The notes under the pieces were generated by a model, which saw only the letters and a program-made list of their open reading frames with translations, did no database searches and was not told the DNA's origin. From a virus (taxonomy: Duplodnaviria; Caudoviricetes), in IMG/VR virus record IMGVR_UViG_3300044691_000465, positions 1 to 62,874 of that record: a DNA stretch of 62,874 nucleotides; one strand, given 5' to 3'. Positions 37,801 to 45,876 of the stretch are shown one piece after another. The stretch's first letter is position 1, and every line of letters starts with the position of its first letter. Both the position numbers and the translations under genes were made by a program.

Positions 37801-38923
37801 CACGGTTCGGCTGAACGAGGTGACTTACAACGCCGACTTCACCATGTCGATCAACGGTACCAACTACAGCTTCCGAGACGACGTGGTGCTCACGCACGCC
37901 ATTCCGCCGCAAGTAACGGACCACACCATTCACGGTCCAGGCGATGGCGTGCCTGTGGTGATCGACGGTCCAGTTCTAAACCCTGCGGCAGGCTCCACAG
38001 CTGGCATCTTCGCGCTGCTCGATGGTGTCGCCTCCTACGGACAGGCCGGTTGGGAAGCTGCCTCTTTGGGCTTTGAGCTCCCAGGTTCGACCTACATGGC
38101 AGAGCTGTTCCAGGTTGTTGCCCAAGTGAAGGGCGGACAGCTGGTGAGCGCACTGCCGGACACCGCAACGCCGTGGCTCACGGATTACGACACGACCATG
38201 CGCCTCGTGCTGAAGTCGGCCACCTCTGCAGACTTCGTCAATGCGCCGGACTATCTTAGTTTCTCGACTGGCGTGAACATGCTGATCGTTGGTGCACCTG
38301 GACGGTGGGAGTACATCCTATTCCGCAACGTGAACGTGCTGTCTGCCAAGGTTGTAGAGCTCACCGGCCTCGTGCGTGGCTTGCGCGGTACCGAAGTGAA
38401 CACCGGCAACCACGTTGCTGGCGACCAAGCCTATCTGGTCTCGAGCGCTGCCACTGGCTTCGAGGCACCGCTCCGGCAGCAGTCCCTCCCGAAGGCAGAG
38501 ATCGGCGCCACCGCAAGGTATCAGGCCATTGGCATCCCCGCTTCACGGACGCCCTCGCAGATCAATGTAACGTTCCAGGGCTACACGCTCTACCCCTTCG
38601 CGCCTTGTCATCCCAAAGCCGTGTTGGCTGGTGGGAACGACATCAACCTGACGTGGGTACGACGCGACCGTCTCGGCACGGACTTTGTCACTACTAACCT
38701 TGCGCTCAGCGAGACGGCTGAAAAGTACGACCTTGTGATCTATAGTGGCGGGACAATCGTTCGCACGCTTGTCGACCTGACCGCGCCAGCCTACACCTAC
38801 ACTGCTGCGCAGCAGACCGCCGACGGGTTTACTGTCCCGCTTGCATCGCTTAAAATCGCGCTCTTCCAAAAGGGCGAGCTCGGACGAGGCTTCGAGAAAC
38901 TGGAGACGTTGAATGTCCAATAA
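34859..38923 (+). CDS. Large tail tip / host-specificity protein (GTA megatron-like)
   Basis: YG.PIP...G, IRRVW.DG, PAFRG..Y.V, LEPSD.V, L.RG.RGTE, W.RRDR. Confidence 0.85.
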   Translation: MSSLVAPLQTPLTGPSMLFVPVQTVNYASAYGTPIPLSQGLRKVTGTPIWQGPVGSKVVSNNLDGSQTVGSNPSALSTTTTLFRSFAVSLGYQLETDGSQPPPKIRRVWIDGTLVFANGSATQPVFYNIATGQYNPTIGQVPIPAGLPPVTSDGAFPPPAPDGFLGNLTYTFYDGSETQLPDWEIQADKGAIAPAFRGMMYLVVRGLPVGQGTMLFQYTSQFGFSSDLVGSQAPAITSTRLPVIQVELMDGTSLPSFATEMTPLPGSLPFGVGVVVLSDFRKRLLCTNTGAHLHTFDMDAKVEIDYKPITGIAGIVDNNGFGDPGKFNSWDLVNDVIYGQGFPGATIAAVNRATGAGANGPYTHSFDLAALDSMGANAIPSGTDAVVFPRFWYGDVEHAIINGANQPVVFGITQVGYVAALTPSNDGMTWPAAIPNKAMLDFTARSPNSICAMPLRELALQKGHNDFQDTAFLIGSGQFIYLALVTVRPGPKAAIVSATQIYDSGDPTLHASAFLDANGAIVVTDTSVSIGLEKVSLLPVVYDFAPNYSLAPGWNGIFPHVQPAAYKDLPLNVAWNGGEPNVYVNSDFSRGNFAYLGGMINLADGAFTFTDLGALGGGTGEAWDSGSQTMFFRGAGVDGERLLWARLSNAITGTVGSLASYLTFFAERGGYTVDKINIDNTIKDQVVGALITAPTDLSTLFDQIAAVYGLIWFDSGGVLKFVKQNRSPIKATNTLTISANPVDGATVTIGTFVYRFKNVMSAPFDVQIEPTKESTIANLAATVNGSGTAGISFFAGTVSPHTSVNAAMASNTAMTVTALLGGAAGNLIGTTSTSGALVFATTTLLGGNPPPEPVVELTSDDMSFIASSTLGTGDVLVTTFPAPISQGVAVAVTYYNLDADYAMGTQQYTPDQGTGLAPVVTTVTTYNLPFTMANAEAYDRVTKVALRTLDSQVIQELQLTQKHMQLEPSDVVGITINNFAYTVRLNEVTYNADFTMSINGTNYSFRDDVVLTHAIPPQVTDHTIHGPGDGVPVVIDGPVLNPAAGSTAGIFALLDGVASYGQAGWEAASLGFELPGSTYMAELFQVVAQVKGGQLVSALPDTATPWLTDYDTTMRLVLKSATSADFVNAPDYLSFSTGVNMLIVGAPGRWEYILFRNVNVLSAKVVELTGLVRGLRGTEVNTGNHVAGDQAYLVSSAATGFEAPLRQQSLPKAEIGATARYQAIGIPASRTPSQINVTFQGYTLYPFAPCHPKAVLAGGNDINLTWVRRDRLGTDFVTTNLALSETAEKYDLVIYSGGTIVRTLVDLTAPAYTYTAAQQTADGFTVPLASLKIALFQKGELGRGFEKLETLNVQ

Positions 38924-39986
38924 CCTGACACTAACGCAGGTCGCGACCAACCAGACCAATCCCGAAGTTCCCGTCAATGACAAAGGCGGTGAGCTCGACG
39001 CTGCATTGACAGAGACTTCAACGCTGGACCTGACCAACAGCCTCACCTGTCCGACGCTAACATACCAGCGCGCGATCCGGCTGCTCATCACGCCGACTGG
39101 CGTGGCGAAGACGCTGACGCTGCCTGCGGTGAAGCGGCTGCTCGTGCTGCAGAACGCGGGCACCAACGCTGTTACCATCGCGGTTGGCACCACCAATTTC
39201 CTGCTGGCAGCTGCAGCGCAGACCTTCGTCTACACCGACGGCACGACCAATGGCCTGCAGCAGCTCTCGCTCGGTGGCGGAGGTGGTGGCGGATCGACCG
39301 CGCAACCCTGCGACATTGCAACCTTCATTCCCGGCAAGCCCGTTGGAGCCGCGACCGTGTTCCGCTTCAACGTGTTGCGCGCCTTCACGTGGCCGATCGC
39401 GCTGGCGGGATCAGTGTTCAACGCAGCGGTCGCTGCAACTGGAACTTCGGTGTTCACCATTCTCCAGAATGGATCGTCCATCGGTACCCTCTCGTTCGCT
39501 GCAGCTGGCACAGTGCCAACCATTACCTTCACCTCAGCGGTGACGTTTGCAGCGAACGACGTCATCAGCATCACTGCCCCAGCCGTCCAGGACGCCACGC
39601 TGGCGGACATAGCCTTCGACTTCCTGGGCTCACGACCAATCGGCACGACGCTGCAGCCCTTCGACATAGGCGTCTTCATTGCCGGCAAGCCGGGCGCTGC
39701 TGCCACAGTGTTGCGCCTCAACGTGGTGCGCGAGTTTGTCTGGAAAGCCAGCCTCACCGGCTCCGTGTGCAACGCTGGCGTCGCCTCCGCTGCTTCCAAG
39801 GTTTTCACGATCAAGAACAATGGTTCGTCGATCGGCACGGTAACGTTCAGCACGAGCTCAACAGGAACGATCGCCTTCGCAGCGGACGTGTTCTTTGCGG
39901 TAGGCGACGTGCTGACCATTGAGGCTCCAGCCGTGCAGGACACGACCCTGGCGGACGTTGCCCTCAACTTCCTCGGGAGCCGCTGA
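38913..39986 (+). CDS. Tail fibre/adaptor protein with DUF2793-like N-terminus and a duplicated C-terminal domain
   Basis: NL.L..V...Q.NPEV.VN; two repeats DI..FI.GKP...APAVQD.TLAD.A..FLGSR. Confidence 0.7.
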   Translation: MSNNLTLTQVATNQTNPEVPVNDKGGELDAALTETSTLDLTNSLTCPTLTYQRAIRLLITPTGVAKTLTLPAVKRLLVLQNAGTNAVTIAVGTTNFLLAAAAQTFVYTDGTTNGLQQLSLGGGGGGGSTAQPCDIATFIPGKPVGAATVFRFNVLRAFTWPIALAGSVFNAAVAATGTSVFTILQNGSSIGTLSFAAAGTVPTITFTSAVTFAANDVISITAPAVQDATLADIAFDFLGSRPIGTTLQPFDIGVFIAGKPGAAATVLRLNVVREFVWKASLTGSVCNAGVASAASKVFTIKNNGSSIGTVTFSTSSTGTIAFAADVFFAVGDVLTIEAPAVQDTTLADVALNFLGSR

Positions 39987-39987
39987 T

Positions 39988-40767
39988 ATGTCTGCATCTA
40001 TCGAGAATGCCCTAAGCGGGTTTTATGATGGTGGAAGCGCGTCGCCCGGAGCCACCATCACTACAGGTGGTGCAAACCGGCTTGTCGTAATTATGTGTGT
40101 CACGGGTCGTGATAATACTTCAGCGGATATCAATCAGGTCACCGCTATAGCAGCAAGCGGCCTTACGTTCACTCGCATCTTTCACGATGTTTCGTTCACC
40201 TACTCGGACACGGCTGGAGACCCTAGCTTTCCAGACGCGTCCATCTCGGTCGACGTCTTCACAGCGCCAGCACCAACGACACTGACAGCTCTCGCCTGGA
40301 CAGCTACGATGGCGGGCGACGGCTTCGTCAACCACGGGACTTGGTCGCAGTTCAGCGTCGTTGGCCTCCCAGACCTCAGCAACCCGTTCGATCCGAACGT
40401 GCTCGTCCCTGTCACTGCGAAGAACGTCTCCGGCACCTCATCAGCAGCGGCGGTCCCTGGAGTGACTACCACCAACTCCAACGACCTGCTTGTTGGCCTG
40501 TTCGTGAACCACGACTTCAACGCGGCGGTTACACCAAGTCCCGCTGCAGGGTGGACAACCATCGTTGGCCCCAGGCAGGATAACGGTGGGGCAAGTGGCC
40601 ACTGGCAGCTTCCGGTGTCCAAGAATTTTAGCGCGCCCCAGACTGGGCTCACTGTCCCGACAGGCTTCAGCGACGACTACTGGTATGGTGCAGTGTTCGC
40701 GTTCACGAGCGACTCAGGAGCAGCACCAAGTGGCACGCCAGAGCCTGTCATCATCATAATGCAATAA
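39988..40767 (+). CDS. Putative receptor-binding / tail accessory protein
   Basis: Ser/Thr/Gly-rich beta protein at the end of the tail module. Confidence 0.6.
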   Translation: MSASIENALSGFYDGGSASPGATITTGGANRLVVIMCVTGRDNTSADINQVTAIAASGLTFTRIFHDVSFTYSDTAGDPSFPDASISVDVFTAPAPTTLTALAWTATMAGDGFVNHGTWSQFSVVGLPDLSNPFDPNVLVPVTAKNVSGTSSAAAVPGVTTTNSNDLLVGLFVNHDFNAAVTPSPAAGWTTIVGPRQDNGGASGHWQLPVSKNFSAPQTGLTVPTGFSDDYWYGAVFAFTSDSGAAPSGTPEPVIIIMQ

Positions 40768-40777
40768 GGAACGACAA

Positions 40778-41797
40778 ATGCAAACGAGCGATAAAGGCCT
40801 GAACGTAATCAGAAGTTTCGAAGGGCGCGCGCTGCGTGCCTATCAGGACAGCGTTGGTGTGTGGACCATCGGCTACGGCAACACCAACTTCGACGCCAAC
40901 GCGGTGAAGGAGCTCGGCAAGATCGGCCGTGGCCTCACCATCACGGCGGACCAAGCGGAAACGCTGTTCGTCGAGAGCATCCGCCACGGCTATGAGCCTG
41001 CGGTCTCCAAGCGCCTTGCACCTTTGGGTGTGGCGCTCACGCAAGGGACCTACGACGCTGGCAGCTCGTTCCACTACAACTGCGGCGCGATCATGAAGGC
41101 CACATGGCCGACGGCTCTCATTCAAGGTGACAAGAGCCTTGCGCGTACGAGCATTCTATCATGGAACAAGGCCAAAGGCACCGTGCTGCCTGGGCTCACT
41201 CGCCGTCGGAAGCGCGAATGGTCAATGATTGATATCGGAGACTATGGTCCGGAAGGCGCCTCCGGTCCCGTCGACCTGGATACGCACAAGCAGCTCCCAG
41301 CGCCGCGACCGGCCGGAGCAGGCCCGCTCGTTCCCTTCCCAACGCCGGAGGCGACCAACAGCGCCGTCCCAGGGCAAGCTAAAACGGGTGACGTGAGCGA
41401 TCACGTGGCCGAAGTGAACGGCTACCTCGTGGCCCTTGGGCGCCTCAAGAAGATGCCGGAACCGAGCAGCCTGTTCACCAAGGAGACAGAAGACGCTGTT
41501 CTGAAATATCAGGGCGAGCACCCAAACCTGACGAAGGACGGCAAGGTTGGACCTGCTACAACGGCCTCGCTGCAACGCGACGTGAAGATGAGACAGACGA
41601 CCAAAAAGACGACAAAGGTCACCGCCATTGTCGCTTCTGCAGGAACCGCAGCAGCTGCAGCAGGATGGGCGACAATCAAGTTCGTGCTGATTGCTGCAGG
41701 AGTTGCAGGTTCCGCTGGCTTGATTTTCATTGTCCTCACGCACAAAACTGAGCTAGAAACTCTATGGAATGCCCTTCGTGGCAAACAGGTTCCATAG
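40778..41797 (+). CDS. Endolysin: GH24 lysozyme, peptidoglycan-binding domain and C-terminal hydrophobic segments
   Basis: FEG..L.AYQDSVGVWTIGYG, GLTRRR..E, AV..YQ...DGKVGP.T. Confidence 0.92.
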   Translation: MQTSDKGLNVIRSFEGRALRAYQDSVGVWTIGYGNTNFDANAVKELGKIGRGLTITADQAETLFVESIRHGYEPAVSKRLAPLGVALTQGTYDAGSSFHYNCGAIMKATWPTALIQGDKSLARTSILSWNKAKGTVLPGLTRRRKREWSMIDIGDYGPEGASGPVDLDTHKQLPAPRPAGAGPLVPFPTPEATNSAVPGQAKTGDVSDHVAEVNGYLVALGRLKKMPEPSSLFTKETEDAVLKYQGEHPNLTKDGKVGPATTASLQRDVKMRQTTKKTTKVTAIVASAGTAAAAAGWATIKFVLIAAGVAGSAGLIFIVLTHKTELETLWNALRGKQVP

Positions 41798-41806
41798 GAG
41801 GCTCTC

Positions 41807-41962
41807 ATGTCGTTTCTCGTTGCTGCTGCCGTTGCACTCGGCACGTTCCTCGCTGGCGTTATGTTCTCGGACAAGATCAAGGCATGGTTCACGACCAAGG
41901 CGCTTCCGGCCACCGTCCGCGAGCTGAAGGCTGAAGAGGCCAAGGTAGTGGCGAAGCTGTGA
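41807..41962 (+). CDS. Small single-TM lysis-cassette protein
   Basis: AGGAGG RBS; MSFLVAAAVALGTFLAGVMF. Confidence 0.6.
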   Translation: MSFLVAAAVALGTFLAGVMFSDKIKAWFTTKALPATVRELKAEEAKVVAKL

Positions 41963-42222
41963 TGTTCGCGCAGCTGCGCTTGCAAGAAAGATGCCACCAG
42001 TTCGCTGGTGGCATCAAGGCCGTGGCCGCATTGGCGGTTACTGTTGCGCTCTCCCTCGCCGACTTCTACGACGTTGTCCCGCTGCAGCCCGTGCTGACCG
42101 AGTTGCTCGGCGAGCACGCTGCTACCAAGCTTGCCCTTTATCTGCCGGTGATCTTTGCGATCTTGCGCTACGTGTCGACCACGGAAGTGCACTGGCACCA
42201 CCACGACGAGGAAGCGCACTGA
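41962..42222 (+). CDS. Two-TM membrane protein (holin/antiholin candidate)
   Basis: Two hydrophobic segments; TGATG coupling. Confidence 0.55.
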   Translation: MFAQLRLQERCHQFAGGIKAVAALAVTVALSLADFYDVVPLQPVLTELLGEHAATKLALYLPVIFAILRYVSTTEVHWHHHDEEAH

Positions 42223-42683
42223 TGTTTGGCTTTGCATTTATCATGAAGATCGTTGGCTGGTTCAGCGGAGTGAATATCTCTGGTCTGATCAACGGCATCA
42301 CTGACGTTATCAAGAACCGGCAGAACGCAGAGGTGGCTGATCACGCCTCCGACAACTCTAGCGGTGTCGCCCTCGGCACGGCCTACCTCCGATCGGTCGA
42401 CGCCACCAACAACATAAAGCTGGAGAGCAAACGGATCGAGGGCAAGTGGGGCCTGACGCTGATCACCACCATCATCTTCTTCACCATCCCGATCGGCATC
42501 CACTTCGCTGCGATCGTGTTCGACAGCATGACCTTCTGGCATCACCGCATCGGCGACTGGGACGTTGGCAGACTGCCAGTCCCCTACGACGCGCTCGAGA
42601 TTTCGATCATTCAATCGCTTTATTACATCGGTGGCGGAGTGGGCGCGGTGTCCATGCTGGCCAAGGCGTTCGGTAAACGCTAA
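42222..42683 (+). CDS. Multi-TM membrane protein (holin candidate)
   Basis: Hydrophobic N-terminus and two C-terminal TM segments. Confidence 0.55.
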   Translation: MFGFAFIMKIVGWFSGVNISGLINGITDVIKNRQNAEVADHASDNSSGVALGTAYLRSVDATNNIKLESKRIEGKWGLTLITTIIFFTIPIGIHFAAIVFDSMTFWHHRIGDWDVGRLPVPYDALEISIIQSLYYIGGGVGAVSMLAKAFGKR

Positions 42684-42697
42684 GTGAGGCAGGGGCA

Positions 42698-43048
42698 ATG
42701 GCGGATCATGATCAGGCGCAACAGGTACGCGAGAGTGTAGAGCACGTAGCGGAACGAGCGGCCGACGTCGCGGTCGCCCGCATGCTTACGCACCTGGGCA
42801 TTGATGCTGCCAACCCAATACAGTCCCAGGCCGAGTTCCAGAGCCTCCGAGCGCTGGCGAAGCTAATGGCCGACGAAGGCGTCGCCGCCGACCTAGCGTT
42901 CATCCGGCGCCTCCGCACAGCCTCCGACACCATTAAGGACGCGACGTGGCGCACCACCGTCCGAGTTCTTGTTACCGCCGCTTTGGGCATATTTGCCATT
43001 GGTACGAAGGACTGGTGGATCGCACACATTGGTGCGATGTTCCGCTGA
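42698..43048 (+). CDS. C-terminally anchored membrane protein of the lysis cassette
   Basis: LGID..NPI..Q, DLAFIRRLR and a C-terminal TM. Confidence 0.6.
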   Translation: MADHDQAQQVRESVEHVAERAADVAVARMLTHLGIDAANPIQSQAEFQSLRALAKLMADEGVAADLAFIRRLRTASDTIKDATWRTTVRVLVTAALGIFAIGTKDWWIAHIGAMFR

Positions 43049-43122
43049 GCTCACGCACTCACTGTGCCCAAACAACCAGAGCTGCAGAAAGCCCAAAGGG
43101 CAACAAGGGTTAGGGCGGTTTA

Positions 43123-43308
43123 ACTCACGCACTCGACTTCCTCACGCGCTTTCGGTCGCTAGGGAAATCGCCTCACCGGAGCTCCCTACTCTACTCTCTC
43201 TAATTCTAATGAGTAAGTAGAGTAAGTAGAGTAGCTAGGTTCCAACCCCTGCTCCCGCCAACGAAATCCCGTGCTCAGACGTTTTGCACGCAGTGAGTGC
43301 GTTGAGTC
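43123..43308. repeat. Conserved ~190-bp non-coding element, copy 2
   Basis: Colinear with 14519-14701; central CTACTCTACT/AGTAGAGTAG inverted repeat. Confidence 0.85.
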
Positions 43309-43365
43309 CGTGATTGCGGCCGTCCCGCTCCCGCGCCAAAAGCGGTGCACAGAAAAGGAACGGCC

Positions 43366-44853
43366 ATGGATACCTCCAGCTACATCCCGGAAACGAAGCA
43401 CCTCAGCCACCAAGCGCGCATCTTCCACGACACCGCGTCGCGCGCTGTGTACGCGCTGTTCTGGGAGCAGGGTACCGGCAAGACCAAACCAACCATCGAC
43501 ACCGCTGCGTACCTGTACGAGGCAGGCGAGATCGACGCGCTCATCGTGGTGGCGCCCAATGGCGTGCACCGCAATTGGAAGAGCGACGAGCTGCCGAAGC
43601 ACCTGCCCAAGCGGCTGCACGCTGCCACACGCGTGGAGTATTGGGAGAGCAACAAGGCTAACAACGTCGGCTTCAAAAGCAAGATGAAGGCCCTTTTGAT
43701 GCACAAGGGCCTCGCCATCCTACTCTTGTCCTACGACAACGCGGTGACCAAAAATGGAAAGAATTATCTTTGGAAGTTTCTCCGACAGCGCAAGTGCCTG
43801 TATGTGCTCGATGAGTCCCAGAATATCAAGGCTCCCGGAGCCAAGCGCACTATCAGCTTGGTCGCCAGCGGACGCTACGCCAAGTACAAACGCATCCTCA
43901 CTGGAACGCCGATTGGCGGAGGTGGCCCGTTCGATATCTACGCGCAGATCAAATTCCTGGACGAGCACTTTTGGAAGCCGCATGGGTTCGCAGACTACAA
44001 CGTGTTCAAACGCCACTTCGGAGTTTGGTTCACGGCCGAAGACTGCAAGCGACTTAATGGTTATGATCCAGGATATGATAAGCTCGAAGAATATGTGCAC
44101 CTCGATCAGCTCGCTGCAATTGTCGGAACGGTTTCCGATCGCGTTTTGAAGACCGACGTGCTGGACCTTCCGCCGAAGGTCTTCAGCAAGCGCTACTATG
44201 AGCTGAACAGCGAACAGACCCGCGTGTACAACGAGCTGGTGGACAACTATGAAGCAGAGTTCAAGGACGGAGCGCGCGTCGACGGGCAGCTTGCGATTAC
44301 TCGACTACTGCGCCTCCATCAGGTATGTTGCGGATATGCACAAACCGATGATGAAGAACCATCGCGCCTATTGGGAAATAACAACCCCTTACTGGACTGC
44401 GTCGAAGAGGAAGCGAAGAGCTCGACGTCGCAGGGAATTATATGGGCGCGCTTCTCCCGCGACATTGATCAGGTTATGGACGCGCTTGGCAAGCGCGCTG
44501 TCCGGTACGATGGCAAGGTGAGCGACGACGAGGCAGAGCGCAACAAGCAAGCGTTCCAGGCCGGTGACATTCAATGGTTCGTTGGCAATCCGCAGAAGGG
44601 CGGCACGGGACTGACCCTGATCCAAGCCCGGACAATGATGTTCATGTCCAACAGCTTCAAGCTGATTGAACGCTTGCAGGCGGAAGATCGCGCCCACCGC
44701 TTTGGGCTTACGTGGCCGGTTGACTACATCGACTTCGTTGGCACGCTGCCAGGGAACAAGCAGACCATCTCCGGCAAGGTTATCACCGCGCTGCGCAAGC
44801 ACTATGACATTGCGCGGCAAATCACAGGCGACGAGTTGAGGGAATGGATATGA
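43366..44853 (+). CDS. SNF2-family (SF2) DNA helicase
   Basis: EQGTGKT, LDESQ, LTGTP, GTGLTL and QAEDRAHRFG. Confidence 0.92.
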   Translation: MDTSSYIPETKHLSHQARIFHDTASRAVYALFWEQGTGKTKPTIDTAAYLYEAGEIDALIVVAPNGVHRNWKSDELPKHLPKRLHAATRVEYWESNKANNVGFKSKMKALLMHKGLAILLLSYDNAVTKNGKNYLWKFLRQRKCLYVLDESQNIKAPGAKRTISLVASGRYAKYKRILTGTPIGGGGPFDIYAQIKFLDEHFWKPHGFADYNVFKRHFGVWFTAEDCKRLNGYDPGYDKLEEYVHLDQLAAIVGTVSDRVLKTDVLDLPPKVFSKRYYELNSEQTRVYNELVDNYEAEFKDGARVDGQLAITRLLRLHQVCCGYAQTDDEEPSRLLGNNNPLLDCVEEEAKSSTSQGIIWARFSRDIDQVMDALGKRAVRYDGKVSDDEAERNKQAFQAGDIQWFVGNPQKGGTGLTLIQARTMMFMSNSFKLIERLQAEDRAHRFGLTWPVDYIDFVGTLPGNKQTISGKVITALRKHYDIARQITGDELREWI

Positions 44854-45188
44854 GTACCGTGTATCTGGTGCAGGACACCAAGTGGGTTGACAAGGACGGA
44901 CAGCTGAAGAGCAAGTTCGACTTCAGCGCGGCCACACAATATGGCGAGCTCGTGGAGCTGCTGGAGCCGGGTGCAAGCCCGTTCGATCTGGCGCCGGTGA
45001 TCTACCGCTTGCAAGACCGCTTGCGCAACTTCAGTCGGACCGACTACCTTTTGCTCGTTGGCTCTCCCGTCCTTATTGGGCTTGCAGTAGCGATTGCAGC
45101 CAACTACGGAGACGGAGACGTTGCCATGTTGCAATGGTCCGGTGCGAAACGGCAGTACATTCCCGCGAGAGCCTACGGCATATACTGA
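44850..45188 (+). CDS. Conserved phage hypothetical protein
   Basis: VYLVQ, FD...A..YGE, DYLLLVG.P, LQW. Confidence 0.65.
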   Translation: MSTVYLVQDTKWVDKDGQLKSKFDFSAATQYGELVELLEPGASPFDLAPVIYRLQDRLRNFSRTDYLLLVGSPVLIGLAVAIAANYGDGDVAMLQWSGAKRQYIPARAYGIY

Positions 45189-45241
45189 TTGTTAACCCAG
45201 GGAAACACAGGCAACTTCCCGCTGCAGAAAAGGAACATTCC

Positions 45242-45811
45242 ATGTCCGACGACATCTACAACTATGACGAGCACAAGCAGGAAGCCGCAGGCCCAGGCGA
45301 TAACATCCTGGCCTCGCTGTCCGCGCTTGCCATGGAGCAGAAGCGCGCTGAAGTCGCCGTCGCAAAAGCTGAAGAAGCTTTGGCGCTGGCGAATGCCGAG
45401 CTCAAGCGCATCAGCGAGCATGTCATCCCGGACCTGATGGACGTTGCCAAGCTGACGGAGTACACCTCCAGGGACGGCATCAAAATCAAGATCGGCGAGA
45501 AGATCAGGGGCTCCATCCCCAAGGCCAACGAGGAAAAGGCATTCGCATGGCTTACGGACCAGAAGCACGACGATTTGATCAAGCGCGAGTTCAAAATACA
45601 GTTTGGCAAGAACGAGGAAGGATGGGCCAAGAAGTTCCTGGCCGATCTTCAGAAACGAAAGCGACCTTTAGCGTTCGAGCTGAAGCGCACCGTGCACGCA
45701 AGTACCCTTGCCTCGTTTGTCAAGGGCCAATTAGAAAGTGGCGTTGACTTTCCCATGGATATCTTTGGCGTCTATCGCCAGCGCGCCTCCACCATCGAGG
45801 TGAAGGACTAA
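45242..45811 (+). CDS. Conserved replication-module protein
   Basis: IPDLM, AFAWL....DDLIK and VH..TL..FV; CAGAAAAGGA RBS. Confidence 0.7.
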   Translation: MSDDIYNYDEHKQEAAGPGDNILASLSALAMEQKRAEVAVAKAEEALALANAELKRISEHVIPDLMDVAKLTEYTSRDGIKIKIGEKIRGSIPKANEEKAFAWLTDQKHDDLIKREFKIQFGKNEEGWAKKFLADLQKRKRPLAFELKRTVHASTLASFVKGQLESGVDFPMDIFGVYRQRASTIEVKD

Positions 45812-45812
45812 A

Positions 45813-45854
45813 TACCGTCACCTGGTTAGTGGTGAGTACGCCCAGCGGGCTAAC
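45813..45854 (+). promoter_or_regulatory. Candidate H-type pseudoknot in the SSB leader
   Basis: S1 TCACC/GGTGA; S2 GTTAGT/GCTAAC. Confidence 0.5.
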
Positions 45855-45876
45855 GAGTGTATAAGGAACGTTTAAC

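Noticed and set aside
39300-39986. Tandem duplication in the tail gene as a diversity-generating retroelement TR/VR pair
   Set aside because: Both copies are in-frame protein domains, differences are not adenine-specific, and there is no reverse transcriptase
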